DNA of 64,000 nucleotides from an uncultured delta proteobacterium (GTDB lineage: Bacteria > Myxococcota_A > Polyangia > Polyangiales > Houyiibacteriaceae), in contig CAVQHC010000009.1 in the NCBI GenBank assembly GCA_963712235.1, positions 9,086 to 73,085 on the forward strand, given 5' to 3'. Below, in pieces: positions 38,483 to 50,771 of this stretch. Numbering within the stretch: the stretch's first letter is position 1; the number at the start of each line of letters is the position of its first letter. A program made the translations under genes and the position numbers. A model generated the notes under the pieces. The model worked only from the letters and a program-made list of their open reading frames with translations. It did not search any database and had not been told where the DNA came from.

Positions 38483-39922
38483 CTACTGAATTGCTCGACG
38501 GGCCCGATCCGACAGGGAACCCCTCGGCACGAGCTCAAGATACTTCTCGTAGGCTTGCCGAGCCGCGGGGCTGTTGTCACTCGAAAGCGCTTCGCCCAGG
38601 TAGAACCAGGCCTCTGGTGGGGTGGCCGGAAGAGAAATCGACTGGCGGAACAAGCGACGGGCCGCATCTCGCTCACCGCGCTCGTAGTGGACCCGAGCCA
38701 TTTGATAGATCGCGGACGCTTCGAGCCCAGGACGCGCGTCCACCCCGCGAGCGAGCTGCAGCGCACGGGTCGCGTTCTTCATCGCGTCGGAGTACTTCTT
38801 CGCGCGCAGGATACTTTGGCCCATGCCCACCAGCGCGGGTGCGTAGTCCGGATCGATCTCGAGCGCGCGACGGTAGTAGCTCGCAGCCAGCGCCGAGTGG
38901 CCCTGGGCGTCGAGCGTGTCGGCGCGGTTCGTGAGCCCACGGGGATCGAGCGAGCTCAGCTCTGCGCGAACGGTCGCATCGCTCGGGGGCTCAGGGATTG
39001 GCGGAGCAGCGGGCCCGGGAGAAGAAGACGGAACCGAGCGAGCGCGGCGCGGCGCGGCGGGCGCTGCCTTCCGGGAAGTGAGCGCGGAGGCCGCTTTGAC
39101 CGGCGGCTTCGAAGGCTTCGGCGGATCGGACACCGCGGGCGCAGCGCGCTCGGCAAGCACCTCCACAGGAGGCTCGACGACCTCGACCGCGATTGGATCC
39201 TCGGGGGTCTCGACGTCCACGACCGCGGGCGGCTCCTCGAGCTCCTCAGCCGAGTCCGCAGCCGCTGGCTCCTCGACCACCGTGGCCACCGAAGAAGGGG
39301 CGGTGGCGGGCGGCGGCTGAGCCGCTTCACGCGGAGACGTCAACCGTACGATACCCGCGATCAGCGCCATCAGCGCGAGGAGTGCGAACAAGGCGAGGAA
39401 AACCTGCCGGGGCGTCAGCGCCCCTTGCGTCTTTCGCTCCCGTCGCTCCGCGAACGCGATCAAGTCGTCTTCGGCAGCTGGAGCCATCGCATCCAGCGGC
39501 ACTTCGCTCTCGCGCGACTTGACCTCCAGCAAACGGGCCTTGGCCCACAAGAGCTCAGCCTTGTCGTGCTCACCACGCGCCGCGAGTAGCTCGCCTAGTC
39601 CATGCAGTGGTCTCGGGTCCTCCGGGGCAAGCCTAGCCGCACCCTGCAACGCTTGCTGCGCGCGCAGCGTGTCGCCATCCGCCCACCAAGCCGCGGAACA
39701 GAGCAGCAGGTACTCCGGGTCGTGGTCCAGCTGAGCGTGGTGCGCGCTCAGCAGATCGAGGGCCTCACGCGGTCGACCGGTCGCGATCAGATCGCGTGCG
39801 ATCTCCAACGGATGCGGCTGCCCGGAGGTCTCCAGGTCGTCGAGCGCGTAGGCGTCGAAGCCGAAATCAGACACGGCGGCGATTCTAACAGAGTCGCTGC
39901 AGAATCGATGAATTCCCGCCAA
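38483..39922 (-). CDS. TPR repeat membrane-anchored protein
   Basis: N- and C-terminal TPR-like blocks flank a TM helix (VFLALFALLALMALIAGIV) and a Pro/Ala-rich linker. Confidence 0.65.
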   Translation of the reverse strand: MAGIHRFCSDSVRIAAVSDFGFDAYALDDLETSGQPHPLEIARDLIATGRPREALDLLSAHHAQLDHDPEYLLLCSAAWWADGDTLRAQQALQGAARLAPEDPRPLHGLGELLAARGEHDKAELLWAKARLLEVKSRESEVPLDAMAPAAEDDLIAFAERRERKTQGALTPRQVFLALFALLALMALIAGIVRLTSPREAAQPPPATAPSSVATVVEEPAAADSAEELEEPPAVVDVETPEDPIAVEVVEPPVEVLAERAAPAVSDPPKPSKPPVKAASALTSRKAAPAAPRRARSVPSSSPGPAAPPIPEPPSDATVRAELSSLDPRGLTNRADTLDAQGHSALAASYYRRALEIDPDYAPALVGMGQSILRAKKYSDAMKNATRALQLARGVDARPGLEASAIYQMARVHYERGERDAARRLFRQSISLPATPPEAWFYLGEALSSDNSPAARQAYEKYLELVPRGSLSDRARRAIQ

Positions 39923-39973
39923 ATCCCGAGTCAGGTCGGGCCTTCTGCCCTAAAGCTTGTATACTCCCGCCCA

Positions 39974-40621
39974 ATGTTTGAGGTCGCATGTTCCGGTTTC
40001 CCCATGCCGGTCAGCCGATACTGGCGAGAGTTCGATGCGGTGGAGATCTCGGACACCGAAATCGCCATTCCCGGCGCCGGCACCGTGCGGCGCTGGATTC
40101 GCGAAGCGCCAAAGGGCTTCCTCTTCACGGTGGTGGCCCCCGGCTCGGTGAGCGACTCGGGTTTTCGGCGCACCAAAGAGAACAAGGCGACCTGCGAGGA
40201 GGTGGCCGCGCTTGCGAGCGACCTCAAAGCCAAGGCGGTGATTTTTCACGCCGATGAAACGTTCAAGCATGGCAAGGCGAACCGGGCCGCACTTCGAGCG
40301 TTTCTAGGTTTTCTTCCATCGAACATGCCCCCGATCGTCTTCGACCTGGAAGCCTGGAAGCCTGCCGACATCGCTGCGGCATGCGGAGACCGGCCTGCGA
40401 TCGCCGCCTACGATCCGCTGACCGACGACCCACCCCCGGACTCGAAGATGGTCTACCTTCGCCTGCCGGGGCCGGCCGGCCATCGGTCGCGGTACGACGA
40501 GGCGTCGGTCGCCAAGATCGCCGACCACTGCAACAAGCTCGATCCCGAGCTGGGCATCTGCGTTTTCCGCAACATCGACATGCAGACCAACGCCCACCAG
40601 CTCATCAAGAGACTCGAGTAA
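39974..40621 (+). CDS. DUF72 (UPF0759) family protein
   Basis: ATG at 39974. 215 aa. The F..VE.. / F.F.VK-like pattern is recalled for DUF72. Confidence 0.75.
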   Translation: MFEVACSGFPMPVSRYWREFDAVEISDTEIAIPGAGTVRRWIREAPKGFLFTVVAPGSVSDSGFRRTKENKATCEEVAALASDLKAKAVIFHADETFKHGKANRAALRAFLGFLPSNMPPIVFDLEAWKPADIAAACGDRPAIAAYDPLTDDPPPDSKMVYLRLPGPAGHRSRYDEASVAKIADHCNKLDPELGICVFRNIDMQTNAHQLIKRLE

Positions 40622-40624
40622 TCG

Positions 40625-41569
40625 ATGTCGGAATCGGCGCCGACGCCGACGGTCCTCACGCTCTCCGCCGACGACGCAGGGGAGCGCATCGATCGCGTCC
40701 TGGCCCGCCGCTGCCCTGAATTTTCGCGAAGCGCGCTCCAGCGCTGGATCGAGCAAGGGCGGGTGGAGCAGTCCGGCGAGGTGGTCTCCCGCAAAACTAA
40801 GGCCGTGGACGGCGGCGAGGTGTTGATTCTCCCTGCCCCGCCCGAGGCGATGAGCGCCAAGCCGCAGGCGATCCCCCTGCAGGTTTTGTTCGAGGACGAC
40901 CAGCTTATCATTCTGGACAAGCCTGCGGGCCTCGTGGTTCACCCCGCTCCGGGTCACCCCGACGGCACCCTCGTCAACGCGCTGCTGCATCACGCCGAGG
41001 TGCAGGGGGGCTCGGACCCGCTTCGCCCCGGCATCGTGCACCGACTCGACAAAGACACCAGCGGCGTGATGGTGGTCGCGAAGACTTCGCGGGCCCACGA
41101 GCGCCTGGTCGAGATGTTTCAGCAGCACAGCCTCGAGCGGGCCTATCTCGCCATTGCGCTTGGAAGGCCACCGCAGTCGATCCGCTACGAGACCCTGCAT
41201 GGGCGGCATCCGGCGAATCGAAAGAAGTTCACCTCGCGCTCCGACCGCGGCCGACGAGCGGTCACGGATCTAGAATCGATCGAGCTTTTGCACGGAAGCG
41301 CCTTGGTTCGTTGCCGTCTCGAAACAGGACGCACGCATCAGATTCGGGTGCACCTCGCCGAGCACGGGCACCCTGTCTTGGGCGATCCGCTCTACGGGAA
41401 GTCGATCAGAGACCCGGAGCTTCGCCGCGTCGGCGCCGAGCTGGGGCGCCAGGCCCTTCACGCGGCGGTCCTTGCGTTCGACCATCCGATCACCGGAGAG
41501 GCGATGCGATTCGAAACCGAGCCTCCGGAGGATTTCCAAAAGGCTTTGCGCGCGCTTCGGCGCGACTAG
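40625..41569 (+). CDS. rluD: 23S rRNA pseudouridine synthase RluD
   Basis: N-terminal S4 domain (RIDRVLA), HRLDKDTSG catalytic Asp motif and GRTHQIRVH. Confidence 0.92.
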   Translation: MSESAPTPTVLTLSADDAGERIDRVLARRCPEFSRSALQRWIEQGRVEQSGEVVSRKTKAVDGGEVLILPAPPEAMSAKPQAIPLQVLFEDDQLIILDKPAGLVVHPAPGHPDGTLVNALLHHAEVQGGSDPLRPGIVHRLDKDTSGVMVVAKTSRAHERLVEMFQQHSLERAYLAIALGRPPQSIRYETLHGRHPANRKKFTSRSDRGRRAVTDLESIELLHGSALVRCRLETGRTHQIRVHLAEHGHPVLGDPLYGKSIRDPELRRVGAELGRQALHAAVLAFDHPITGEAMRFETEPPEDFQKALRALRRD

Positions 41570-41578
41570 TCGGCCCGC

Positions 41579-42271
41579 CTACGGCTCGGGCTCGCGCGCG
41601 CACTGCGGGTAGCCGTCGAGGACGGTCTGGCATTGAACCTGATCACACTCGCCCACGACGGAATTGCAGTTCTGGAAGAAGACCGGATTGATCAGAGTCG
41701 CCTCGCAGCACTCTAGAAGTTCATCACAGGTGTTCCCGCAGTCGCGCTGCCTGGAGATCGACGCCGCCCAGCCGACCCGACAATTCGAATCGCCCGCGTC
41801 CCGCGCGGCGATGCCCGAGGCCGACTCACCGACGAGCTGGCCGGAGAACGCATACACCGCGTCGTCGCCCAGCACTCGGATCTCAGAAGCTCGGAATGAA
41901 TTGCCCTCCTGGTCGATGGGGACGGGATCCGCGTACGGAAGCCTGAAGCTGCACGGCTGCCCGTTTTCATCGACCCCGACGAGCTCGACCGCTAGGTCAA
42001 AAGAGTACGCCGACTCCCCCGAGAGACTGCAGTTGGGGCTCGCTTCGAGCTTCAAGCCGTCGCCCGCAATGTGAAAACAGACACCGACCCCGCGGCTCTG
42101 TCCCTCCCAGAGGCCAGGGAACTGCGGTGGTGCCGGAGCGCCACCCATGCCGCCCGCTCCGGCCGCGCCGCCGCTGGGGCCTAGCTCGTCGCCGCATCCC
42201 ACGCCGGAGAGGGCAGCGAGCAAGGTAAGGCAGCCGGCCGCGGCCAGCCACCGGGTATGGATGAGGCTCAT
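41579..42271 (-). CDS. Cys-rich lipoprotein, hypothetical
   Basis: ATG at 42271. Lipobox LSGVGC. C-terminal Cys-rich segment. Confidence 0.55.
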   Translation of the reverse strand: MSLIHTRWLAAAGCLTLLAALSGVGCGDELGPSGGAAGAGGMGGAPAPPQFPGLWEGQSRGVGVCFHIAGDGLKLEASPNCSLSGESAYSFDLAVELVGVDENGQPCSFRLPYADPVPIDQEGNSFRASEIRVLGDDAVYAFSGQLVGESASGIAARDAGDSNCRVGWAASISRQRDCGNTCDELLECCEATLINPVFFQNCNSVVGECDQVQCQTVLDGYPQCAREPEP

Positions 42272-42284
42272 GGAAGTCGCTGGC

Positions 42285-42548
42285 CTACCACATCGGGGAT
42301 TCGACGTGTGCCTTGGAGCGGACCAGAAGATCGATGATGGCGCGGTCGTAGAGGTTCCGAGTGAGAAGCTCGGGCGCGACACGACTTTGGTAAAGGTCGC
42401 GTCCTTCCTGAATTTCCTCCTGCATCACATCGAAAAGAGTATCGTTTCGAATCCCCTCCGCAATCTTGTCTTCGTTGTAGAGAGCAAGGTCGCTCGATAT
42501 CGCCCTGGCCAAGCGACGTGCGGCTTCCTGAGTTTCGATTAGCGCCAT
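42285..42548 (-). CDS. Small hypothetical protein
   Basis: 87 aa from ATG 42548 (MALIETQEAARRLA...), helical, lying between tsaC and the lipoprotein gene. Confidence 0.5.
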   Translation of the reverse strand: MALIETQEAARRLARAISSDLALYNEDKIAEGIRNDTLFDVMQEEIQEGRDLYQSRVAPELLTRNLYDRAIIDLLVRSKAHVESPMW

Positions 42549-42591
42549 CGGTCCTCCGTGGGCGAAGAGTGACGCAGCAGGCCCACCCCTG

Positions 42592-43170
42592 TCAAAGAGC
42601 GGTCGGGTCAATCTCGATGGCGCCCGCCCGAAGGATCGTCATCGGGGTCCGGGTCGCGTCGATCAACGTCGAGGGGGCGCCTCCTGGAGAGACGCCGGGA
42701 ACCAGGCCCCCGAGCCCCTCGGCCAGCTCGCCGGGCAGGTCCGCCGCCCTTCGGAGCGGTGATTCCCCGGTCCGGTTGGCGCTTGTCGCGGTCACCGGGT
42801 GGCCAAACGCCCGGACCAGGTCGGCGGCCGGACTAGGGCCGGGCACTCGGACGCCGACCTTGCCATCGCGGCAAAGCCGAGGATTCAAACCGGGCTTCGC
42901 TGTTAGCAGTATCGTCAGCGGGCCCGGCCAATGACTCGAGATCAGGGCCCGTGCCGCTGCACAGGGGGCCTCCGCGACCGCTGCCACTGCGCCGGCGTCC
43001 GGCAAAAGCAACGCGATCGGCATGTCCGACGGCCGTCCCTTGAGCTCGGCGACGCGTTCGACGGCCTTCTCGTTTCGCGCGTCCGCCAGTAGACCGAGCC
43101 AGGTTTCGGTCGGACAGGCCACCACGCCACCCTCCTCGAGAACCCGAACCAGCGCGTCAAGCTCGTCCAT
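42592..43170 (-). CDS. tsaC: L-threonylcarbamoyladenylate synthase (YrdC/TsaC)
   Basis: YrdC-domain pattern PTET..GL.ADA.N..AV.RV...KGRP...P..LL. The ATG overlaps the purD stop (ATGA). Confidence 0.85.
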   Translation of the reverse strand: MDELDALVRVLEEGGVVACPTETWLGLLADARNEKAVERVAELKGRPSDMPIALLLPDAGAVAAVAEAPCAAARALISSHWPGPLTILLTAKPGLNPRLCRDGKVGVRVPGPSPAADLVRAFGHPVTATSANRTGESPLRRAADLPGELAEGLGGLVPGVSPGGAPSTLIDATRTPMTILRAGAIEIDPTAL

Positions 43171-44438
43171 CAGCCGCGGCGCGCCCGCCAGCCGATGTCG
43201 CGGCGAAGCTGCTTGCCTTTGAAATCGATCTTCTCGACGGCTCCGTAGGCGCGGTCGGCTGCTTGGTCGATCGAGTCACCGATCGCGGTGACGGACAGCA
43301 CGCGTCCGCCGGAGGTTACCACTGTGTCGCCCTGGAGCGCGGTGCCCGCATGGAACACCGTCACGTGCGGGAGCGCCGATGCGGCGTCGAGGCCGTGGAT
43401 CGGCGTCCCCTTTTCGTAACTGCCGGGATAGCCCCCTGCCGCGAGCACGACGCAAAGCGAAGCCGGCGCCTCCCACTCCGGCGTCAGCCCACCGAAATCC
43501 CCCCTGGCGGAGCCTTGAATGAGCGGCAGAATCGAACCCTTCCAACGCGTCATCAGCGTCTGACATTCGGGGTCGCCGAAACGCGTGTTGTATTCGAGAA
43601 CCAGTGGCTCGCCGTCGACGATCATCAGCCCCACGAAGAGCGCCCCGCGAAACGGTCGCCCTTCGGCAGCCATGCCACGAAGCGTCGGCTCGACGACGCG
43701 CTCGAGAATCTTGCGCTCGATTTCGGCGGTCACGACCGGCGGAGGCGAGTAGGCGCCCATGCCGCCGGTATTCGGGCCCCGGTCGCCGTCGAAGGCACGC
43801 TTGTGATCTTGCGCCGGCGCCAGGGGAATGAATCGCTCGCCGTCGGAAACGACGTGATAGCTCACTTCTTCGCCGACGAGGCACTCCTCGATCAAAACCC
43901 GATCACCCGCATGGCCGAAAGCGCACTCTCGCATGATGCGATCGACGCCGGCGACGGCTTCGGCGGCATTCCTCGCGACGATGACCCCCTTGCCTGCAGC
44001 GAGGCCGTCGGCCTTCACTACGAGCGGTCGGTTCGCCTCTTCGATGTAGCGCGTGGCCGCATCGGGATCATCGAAAACAGCGAAGCCTGCGGTCGGGATG
44101 GCATGGCGTGCCATGAACTCTTTGGAAAAAATTTTGGACCCCTCGAGCTGGGCGGCCTCGCGACTGGGACCAAAGGCCTCGATGCCGTTGTCTCGGAGCG
44201 CGTCGACGACTCCCGCGACCAGAGGCGCCTCGGGGCCGACGACCACGAGGTCCGCAGACTCTTTCTTGGCAAGCGCAACGACCTGGTCGGCGTTGCTCGG
44301 ATCGACCGGCACCGTTCGACCGAGCGCTGCGATCCCCGCGTTGCCGGGCGCCCCAATGACCTCCACTTCGCTGTCCTGCGAAAGCCGCCAAGCAAGCGCG
44401 TGCTCGCGCGCACCCCCTCCAACGATTAGAATCCGCAT
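43170..44438 (-). CDS. purD: Phosphoribosylamine-glycine ligase
   Basis: MRILIVGGGAREHALAW N-terminus and ATP-grasp core. 422 aa. Confidence 0.96.
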   Translation of the reverse strand: MRILIVGGGAREHALAWRLSQDSEVEVIGAPGNAGIAALGRTVPVDPSNADQVVALAKKESADLVVVGPEAPLVAGVVDALRDNGIEAFGPSREAAQLEGSKIFSKEFMARHAIPTAGFAVFDDPDAATRYIEEANRPLVVKADGLAAGKGVIVARNAAEAVAGVDRIMRECAFGHAGDRVLIEECLVGEEVSYHVVSDGERFIPLAPAQDHKRAFDGDRGPNTGGMGAYSPPPVVTAEIERKILERVVEPTLRGMAAEGRPFRGALFVGLMIVDGEPLVLEYNTRFGDPECQTLMTRWKGSILPLIQGSARGDFGGLTPEWEAPASLCVVLAAGGYPGSYEKGTPIHGLDAASALPHVTVFHAGTALQGDTVVTSGGRVLSVTAIGDSIDQAADRAYGAVEKIDFKGKQLRRDIGWRARRG

Positions 44439-44440
44439 CG

Positions 44441-45991
44441 TCAGTGCCGGAAGTGGCGTACGCCGGTGAAGACCATCGCCATGTTGGCTGCGTCGGCAGC
44501 GGCGATGACTTTGTCGTCGCCCTTCGAGCCACCGGGATGAACCACCGCGGTGATGCCAACTTTGGCTGCGGCTTCGATGCCGTCGGGAAATGGGAAGAAG
44601 GCGTCCGAGGCCATCACGGCTCCCTTCGAAAGCTCGCCGGCTTTCTGTGCCGCGATGCCAACGGCGGTGACGCGCGCCATCTGCCCGGCGCCGACGCCCA
44701 CCGTTCGGTCAGGCTTCGCAAAAATAATCGCGTTCGACTTCACGTGTTTGCAGACACGCCACGCAAAGTCGAGTGCGCGCATTTCATCGTCGCTCGGCTG
44801 ACGCTTCGTGACGACCTTGCCGGCACGAACCTCGCTCGGCCCAGTGGCGTCGCGATCCTGGACGACCAAGCCACCGCCGACGCGCTTGAACTGGAGCGCC
44901 GCGTAGTCGGCGGGAAGCCATTCGCCCGTTGCTAAGATACGCAGGTTCTTCTTCTTCTGGAGGCGTTCGAGCGCAGCAGGCGCGAAGCCAGGCGCGATGA
45001 TGCATTCGATGAAGGTCTCGGCGACTGCATTCGCGGTCGCCTCGTCGACCTCACGATTCAAGGCGACGATCCCGCCGAACGCGCTCTGGGCATCGGCTTC
45101 CCGGGCGATGCGGTACGCCTCTTCGAGGCTTGCGGCAGTGGCCACGCCACAGGGGTTGGTGTGCTTGACGACGACCGCAGCAGGCGCCTCGAACTCGCGT
45201 ACCGCTTCGATGGTGGCATCCACGTCGACCAGGTTGTTGAAGGAGAGCTCCTTGCCCCCTGCGCCAAGCGACTGAGCTAAAGCCAGGCTACCGTCACGGG
45301 CGTTCCGCTCGACGTAGAAGGCGCCCTGCTGGTGTGGGTTCTCGCCGTATCGAACGTCGTAGGCCTTGGTGAAGCTGAGAGTGAGCGCCCCAGGAAACTT
45401 GGAGTCGGTTCCCTGCGAGGTCAGATAGGCGGAGATCGCGCCGTCATAGGCGGCTGTCTGGGTGAACGCCTTGGCCGCGAGGCGTGCGCGGAGCGCCGCG
45501 TTTGGACCATCGCCCGACTTCACGGCGGCAAGCACCTCCGCGTAGTCCCCCGGCTCGGTCACGACCGTGACGCGCGCCTGATTCTTGGCGGCGCTTCGCA
45601 CCATCGACGGGCCGCCGATGTCGATGTTCTCGATCGTTTCCTCATGAGACGCGCCTCGCGCGACGGTCTGCTCGAAGGGATACAGGTTTACGCAAACGAG
45701 ATCGATCGGCTTGCCACCGATCCGGCCGAGCGCATCGCGGTCCTCGCGGCTATCGCGCATGAGAATCCCGCCATGCACCCGCGGGTGCAGCGTCTTGACA
45801 CGGCCGTCCATGATTTCGGGCGATTCGGTGTACTCCGATACGTCGATGACCTCGACTCCGCCCTCGCGGAGTGTCCGGGCGGTGCCGCCGGTCGAAAGAA
45901 TCTCGACGCCAGCCTCGGAGAGCCCTTTGGCAAACTCGACGACGCCTGTTTTGTCAGAGACCGAAATCAGTGCGCGTTGGATCTGTGTCAT
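44441..45991 (-). CDS. purH: Bifunctional AICAR transformylase / IMP cyclohydrolase
   Basis: RALISVSDKTG MGS-like N-terminus and C-terminal ...VFTGVRHFRH. 516 aa. Confidence 0.97.
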   Translation of the reverse strand: MTQIQRALISVSDKTGVVEFAKGLSEAGVEILSTGGTARTLREGGVEVIDVSEYTESPEIMDGRVKTLHPRVHGGILMRDSREDRDALGRIGGKPIDLVCVNLYPFEQTVARGASHEETIENIDIGGPSMVRSAAKNQARVTVVTEPGDYAEVLAAVKSGDGPNAALRARLAAKAFTQTAAYDGAISAYLTSQGTDSKFPGALTLSFTKAYDVRYGENPHQQGAFYVERNARDGSLALAQSLGAGGKELSFNNLVDVDATIEAVREFEAPAAVVVKHTNPCGVATAASLEEAYRIAREADAQSAFGGIVALNREVDEATANAVAETFIECIIAPGFAPAALERLQKKKNLRILATGEWLPADYAALQFKRVGGGLVVQDRDATGPSEVRAGKVVTKRQPSDDEMRALDFAWRVCKHVKSNAIIFAKPDRTVGVGAGQMARVTAVGIAAQKAGELSKGAVMASDAFFPFPDGIEAAAKVGITAVVHPGGSKGDDKVIAAADAANMAMVFTGVRHFRH

Positions 45992-46051
45992 GAGGGTCGG
46001 CCCATACCGCGCGGGTAGAATGTCGTCAATGGAATCTGGGCGAGACCCGGC

Positions 46052-48237
<2,186 letters not shown>

Positions 48238-50148
48238 TCAGTTCCCAGGGGTCGTGATGAACCGCACTCCGTAGGTCTCACTCGTCTGCGCCACGCGGCC
48301 GCCCTCTTCCCGTGGGTCGGCCGATACTTCGACGCAGAGCTTGCCGGCTTCCGCATTGCGCCACTTCTTGCTGGTCTCGCCGCGCCCCACGCCTTTGTCA
48401 TCGAACTTTGCACTGCGATCCGTTCGTCGATCGACCACGCGAAGAACCAGATCGACCTCCGGCAACGCGCTGACCTGCGCGATGACGTTCTTCGCGTCGG
48501 TATTCAAGCAAAAGGTGTCCACGTCCCCCGACCAACCGATCCAGCCGCGCCGCTCGTCGCCGAGCTCGAGAGGCTCAGCCAGCTCGAGCGAATCGTTGAG
48601 CTCGCGCTCGAAGGCCGCATCCTCCGCGAGGAGCCGCCATCGAACGTAGTAGGCATCGGACACGTTCTCGGTGGGCAGCTCGCCTTCCACGCTGTGCGCA
48701 CGCACGCGAATCAGGTGCATGCCGGGCTCGATCGCAACGTTTGGAAGCCGCTCGCCCTCCCCGAGGCCCCGAGAGTCAGCAACGGCGAGAGGCTCGTCTT
48801 GATCGGGCGTGAGGAGCTCGAGAACGATGTCCATGTTGGGGATCGAACTGACTTCCAGCTCAGCGGCGCGTCGTTCGGTCCCGACGTGCTGAATCTCGAA
48901 CAGATCGATGTCGCCCAGCTCTTCGCTGAGGCGCTGCCCGAGGTAAGCTTCCATTTGGACGTTCTCTGGTAAACGCGTTGCGATCTCGGCTGTGTGGTTG
49001 GGTTCTTTTTCCGAGGGCCCACGGGTCGCGAGCTGCCACGCGAGCAGGCCGGCGCCGGCCAAGAGAAGCACCCCTAGCCCCCACCACAACCTTCGCTTGG
49101 GTCGAAAGATCGAGTCGATTCGCTCGACGCGACGCGAGCCGCTTCCGAACGGCGCTTGGCCTACGCCACTCAAACGCCAATCTCCGGAGCCGACCGCCGT
49201 GAGGTAATCGACCAAATCGCGGCGGAGCTCCTCCGCGGTCTGGTAGCGGAGCTCAGGGTCCTTTTGAAGACAGCGCATGATGATCTCGTCGGCCTCCGCG
49301 GGTACGGAGAGAGGCGACCGCGCCGACGGCGGCAAGGCTTGTTCCGACAAGTGCTTTGAAAGCACGCCCACTGGATTGGGCGCTTCGAACGGCGGGTGCC
49401 CAACGACGCACTCGTACATGATCGCGCCCATGGCATAGATGTCGCTTCGTCCGTCGAGCTCCTGCCCGTGAATCTGCTCGGGCGACATGTAGTACGGAGT
49501 CCCAACGATCGTGCCGCTGCTGGTCACCTGGGTCCCAACGTTGCCCTCGAAGAGCTTCGCCAGCCCAAAGTCGAGCACCTTGGCCGTCTCGCCATCGCGG
49601 CCTTCGGCGATGACGATGTTCTCCGGCTTGAGGTCGCGATGCACGATCCCCGCGGCGTGCGCATCGGAGACCGAACCCGCCACCTGGGCGCAGAGGTAGG
49701 CCACGCGTCCGAACGGCAGTGCCCTTTCTTTTTCGAGGACTTTCGAAAGATCATCGCCGTCCACGTACTCCATCACCAGGTAGAGGGAGCCCGACTTCGT
49801 CCGACCGAAGTCGAAGACGTGAACGGTGTTGGGGTGGTTGAGGCGAGACGCAGACTCGGCTTCGCGGTGGAAGCGAGCCACATTCTCCGGTTGCTCTTGA
49901 AGCTCGCGATGCAGCAACTTGATCGCCATCACCTTGCTAATCTGGGTGTGCTCGACTCGATAGACGGTGCCCATCGCGCCCCGCCCAATCGGCGCCACGA
50001 CGCGGTAGCGCTCCGCGATGATGTCGCCGGGCTTGGGCAGAGAGGAGCCGAGAGACGTTCCGCACTTTCCACAGAACTTCGATTCGGGCGGGTTGCGCTC
50101 GCCGCATGCCGTGCACAGCGCCGGGCGGTCTGGCGCCGTACTAACCAT
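48238..50148 (-). CDS. Ser/Thr protein kinase with N-terminal zinc-ribbon, TM helix and extracytoplasmic domain
   Basis: CTACG...CGKCG ribbon. Hanks motifs VAIK-type (MAIKLL), HRDLKPEN, DFG and SPE. TM segment WWGLGVLLLAGAGLLAW. Confidence 0.9.
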   Translation of the reverse strand: MVSTAPDRPALCTACGERNPPESKFCGKCGTSLGSSLPKPGDIIAERYRVVAPIGRGAMGTVYRVEHTQISKVMAIKLLHRELQEQPENVARFHREAESASRLNHPNTVHVFDFGRTKSGSLYLVMEYVDGDDLSKVLEKERALPFGRVAYLCAQVAGSVSDAHAAGIVHRDLKPENIVIAEGRDGETAKVLDFGLAKLFEGNVGTQVTSSGTIVGTPYYMSPEQIHGQELDGRSDIYAMGAIMYECVVGHPPFEAPNPVGVLSKHLSEQALPPSARSPLSVPAEADEIIMRCLQKDPELRYQTAEELRRDLVDYLTAVGSGDWRLSGVGQAPFGSGSRRVERIDSIFRPKRRLWWGLGVLLLAGAGLLAWQLATRGPSEKEPNHTAEIATRLPENVQMEAYLGQRLSEELGDIDLFEIQHVGTERRAAELEVSSIPNMDIVLELLTPDQDEPLAVADSRGLGEGERLPNVAIEPGMHLIRVRAHSVEGELPTENVSDAYYVRWRLLAEDAAFERELNDSLELAEPLELGDERRGWIGWSGDVDTFCLNTDAKNVIAQVSALPEVDLVLRVVDRRTDRSAKFDDKGVGRGETSKKWRNAEAGKLCVEVSADPREEGGRVAQTSETYGVRFITTPGN

Positions 50149-50731
50149 TCAACGTCAAGTAGCGGTAACCGAGCCAGGCTGCGGCAAAGACGACGAGCAC
50201 CGCAAGCGCGCGCAAGGCCTTGGCTCGTCGTTGAACTACGGGGAGGGGCTCGTTGGCGCTGTCGTAACGAACGCGAGCCCGTACGCGATGACTCGGAGCT
50301 GCGGGCTCGGACACCTCGCCCTGCTCGCCGCCTGGGGAAAGATCTTGATTCGAATCGGCTTGCCCGGCTGGCACCCGATCGGCGGCGGGAGCGATCGGTT
50401 CGGGCGGCCGCATGCCGATCATCGTCTTTTGAGGCGTGCGCCCTTGTCGTGCCGCAGAAATCGGGGTGGGAGGAGGCGAGGGAATGGGTGCCGGGGCTGG
50501 AACCCCTGCGGGCGGGGCCCCTGGTTGAATCCCTAGCACCGTCTGTTTGCGAACCCGCTGCTGTGACGATGTTCGGCTCGGCCCGTCGTCCGCCGACGGG
50601 TCGGGGCTCTCGTGCACGCGGATGCGTGACTGGTCGAGGCGATCCGGGGTCTGATCGCGGCGTGCGTATCCGCATTTGCCGCAGAACGCATCATCCGACG
50701 GAACTTCAGCTCCACATTGGGGACAATCCAT
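50141..50731 (-). CDS. Zinc-ribbon protein with Pro-rich linker and C-terminal TM helix
   Basis: MDCPQCG...CGKCG motif and ALAVLVVFAAAWLGY TM segment. 8-nt overlap with the kinase gene start. Confidence 0.6.
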   Translation of the reverse strand: MDCPQCGAEVPSDDAFCGKCGYARRDQTPDRLDQSRIRVHESPDPSADDGPSRTSSQQRVRKQTVLGIQPGAPPAGVPAPAPIPSPPPTPISAARQGRTPQKTMIGMRPPEPIAPAADRVPAGQADSNQDLSPGGEQGEVSEPAAPSHRVRARVRYDSANEPLPVVQRRAKALRALAVLVVFAAAWLGYRYLTLNG

Positions 50732-50771
50732 AGCGCGTCCTTACCGTATCAGATTTCTTTCGCCGCTGCGC

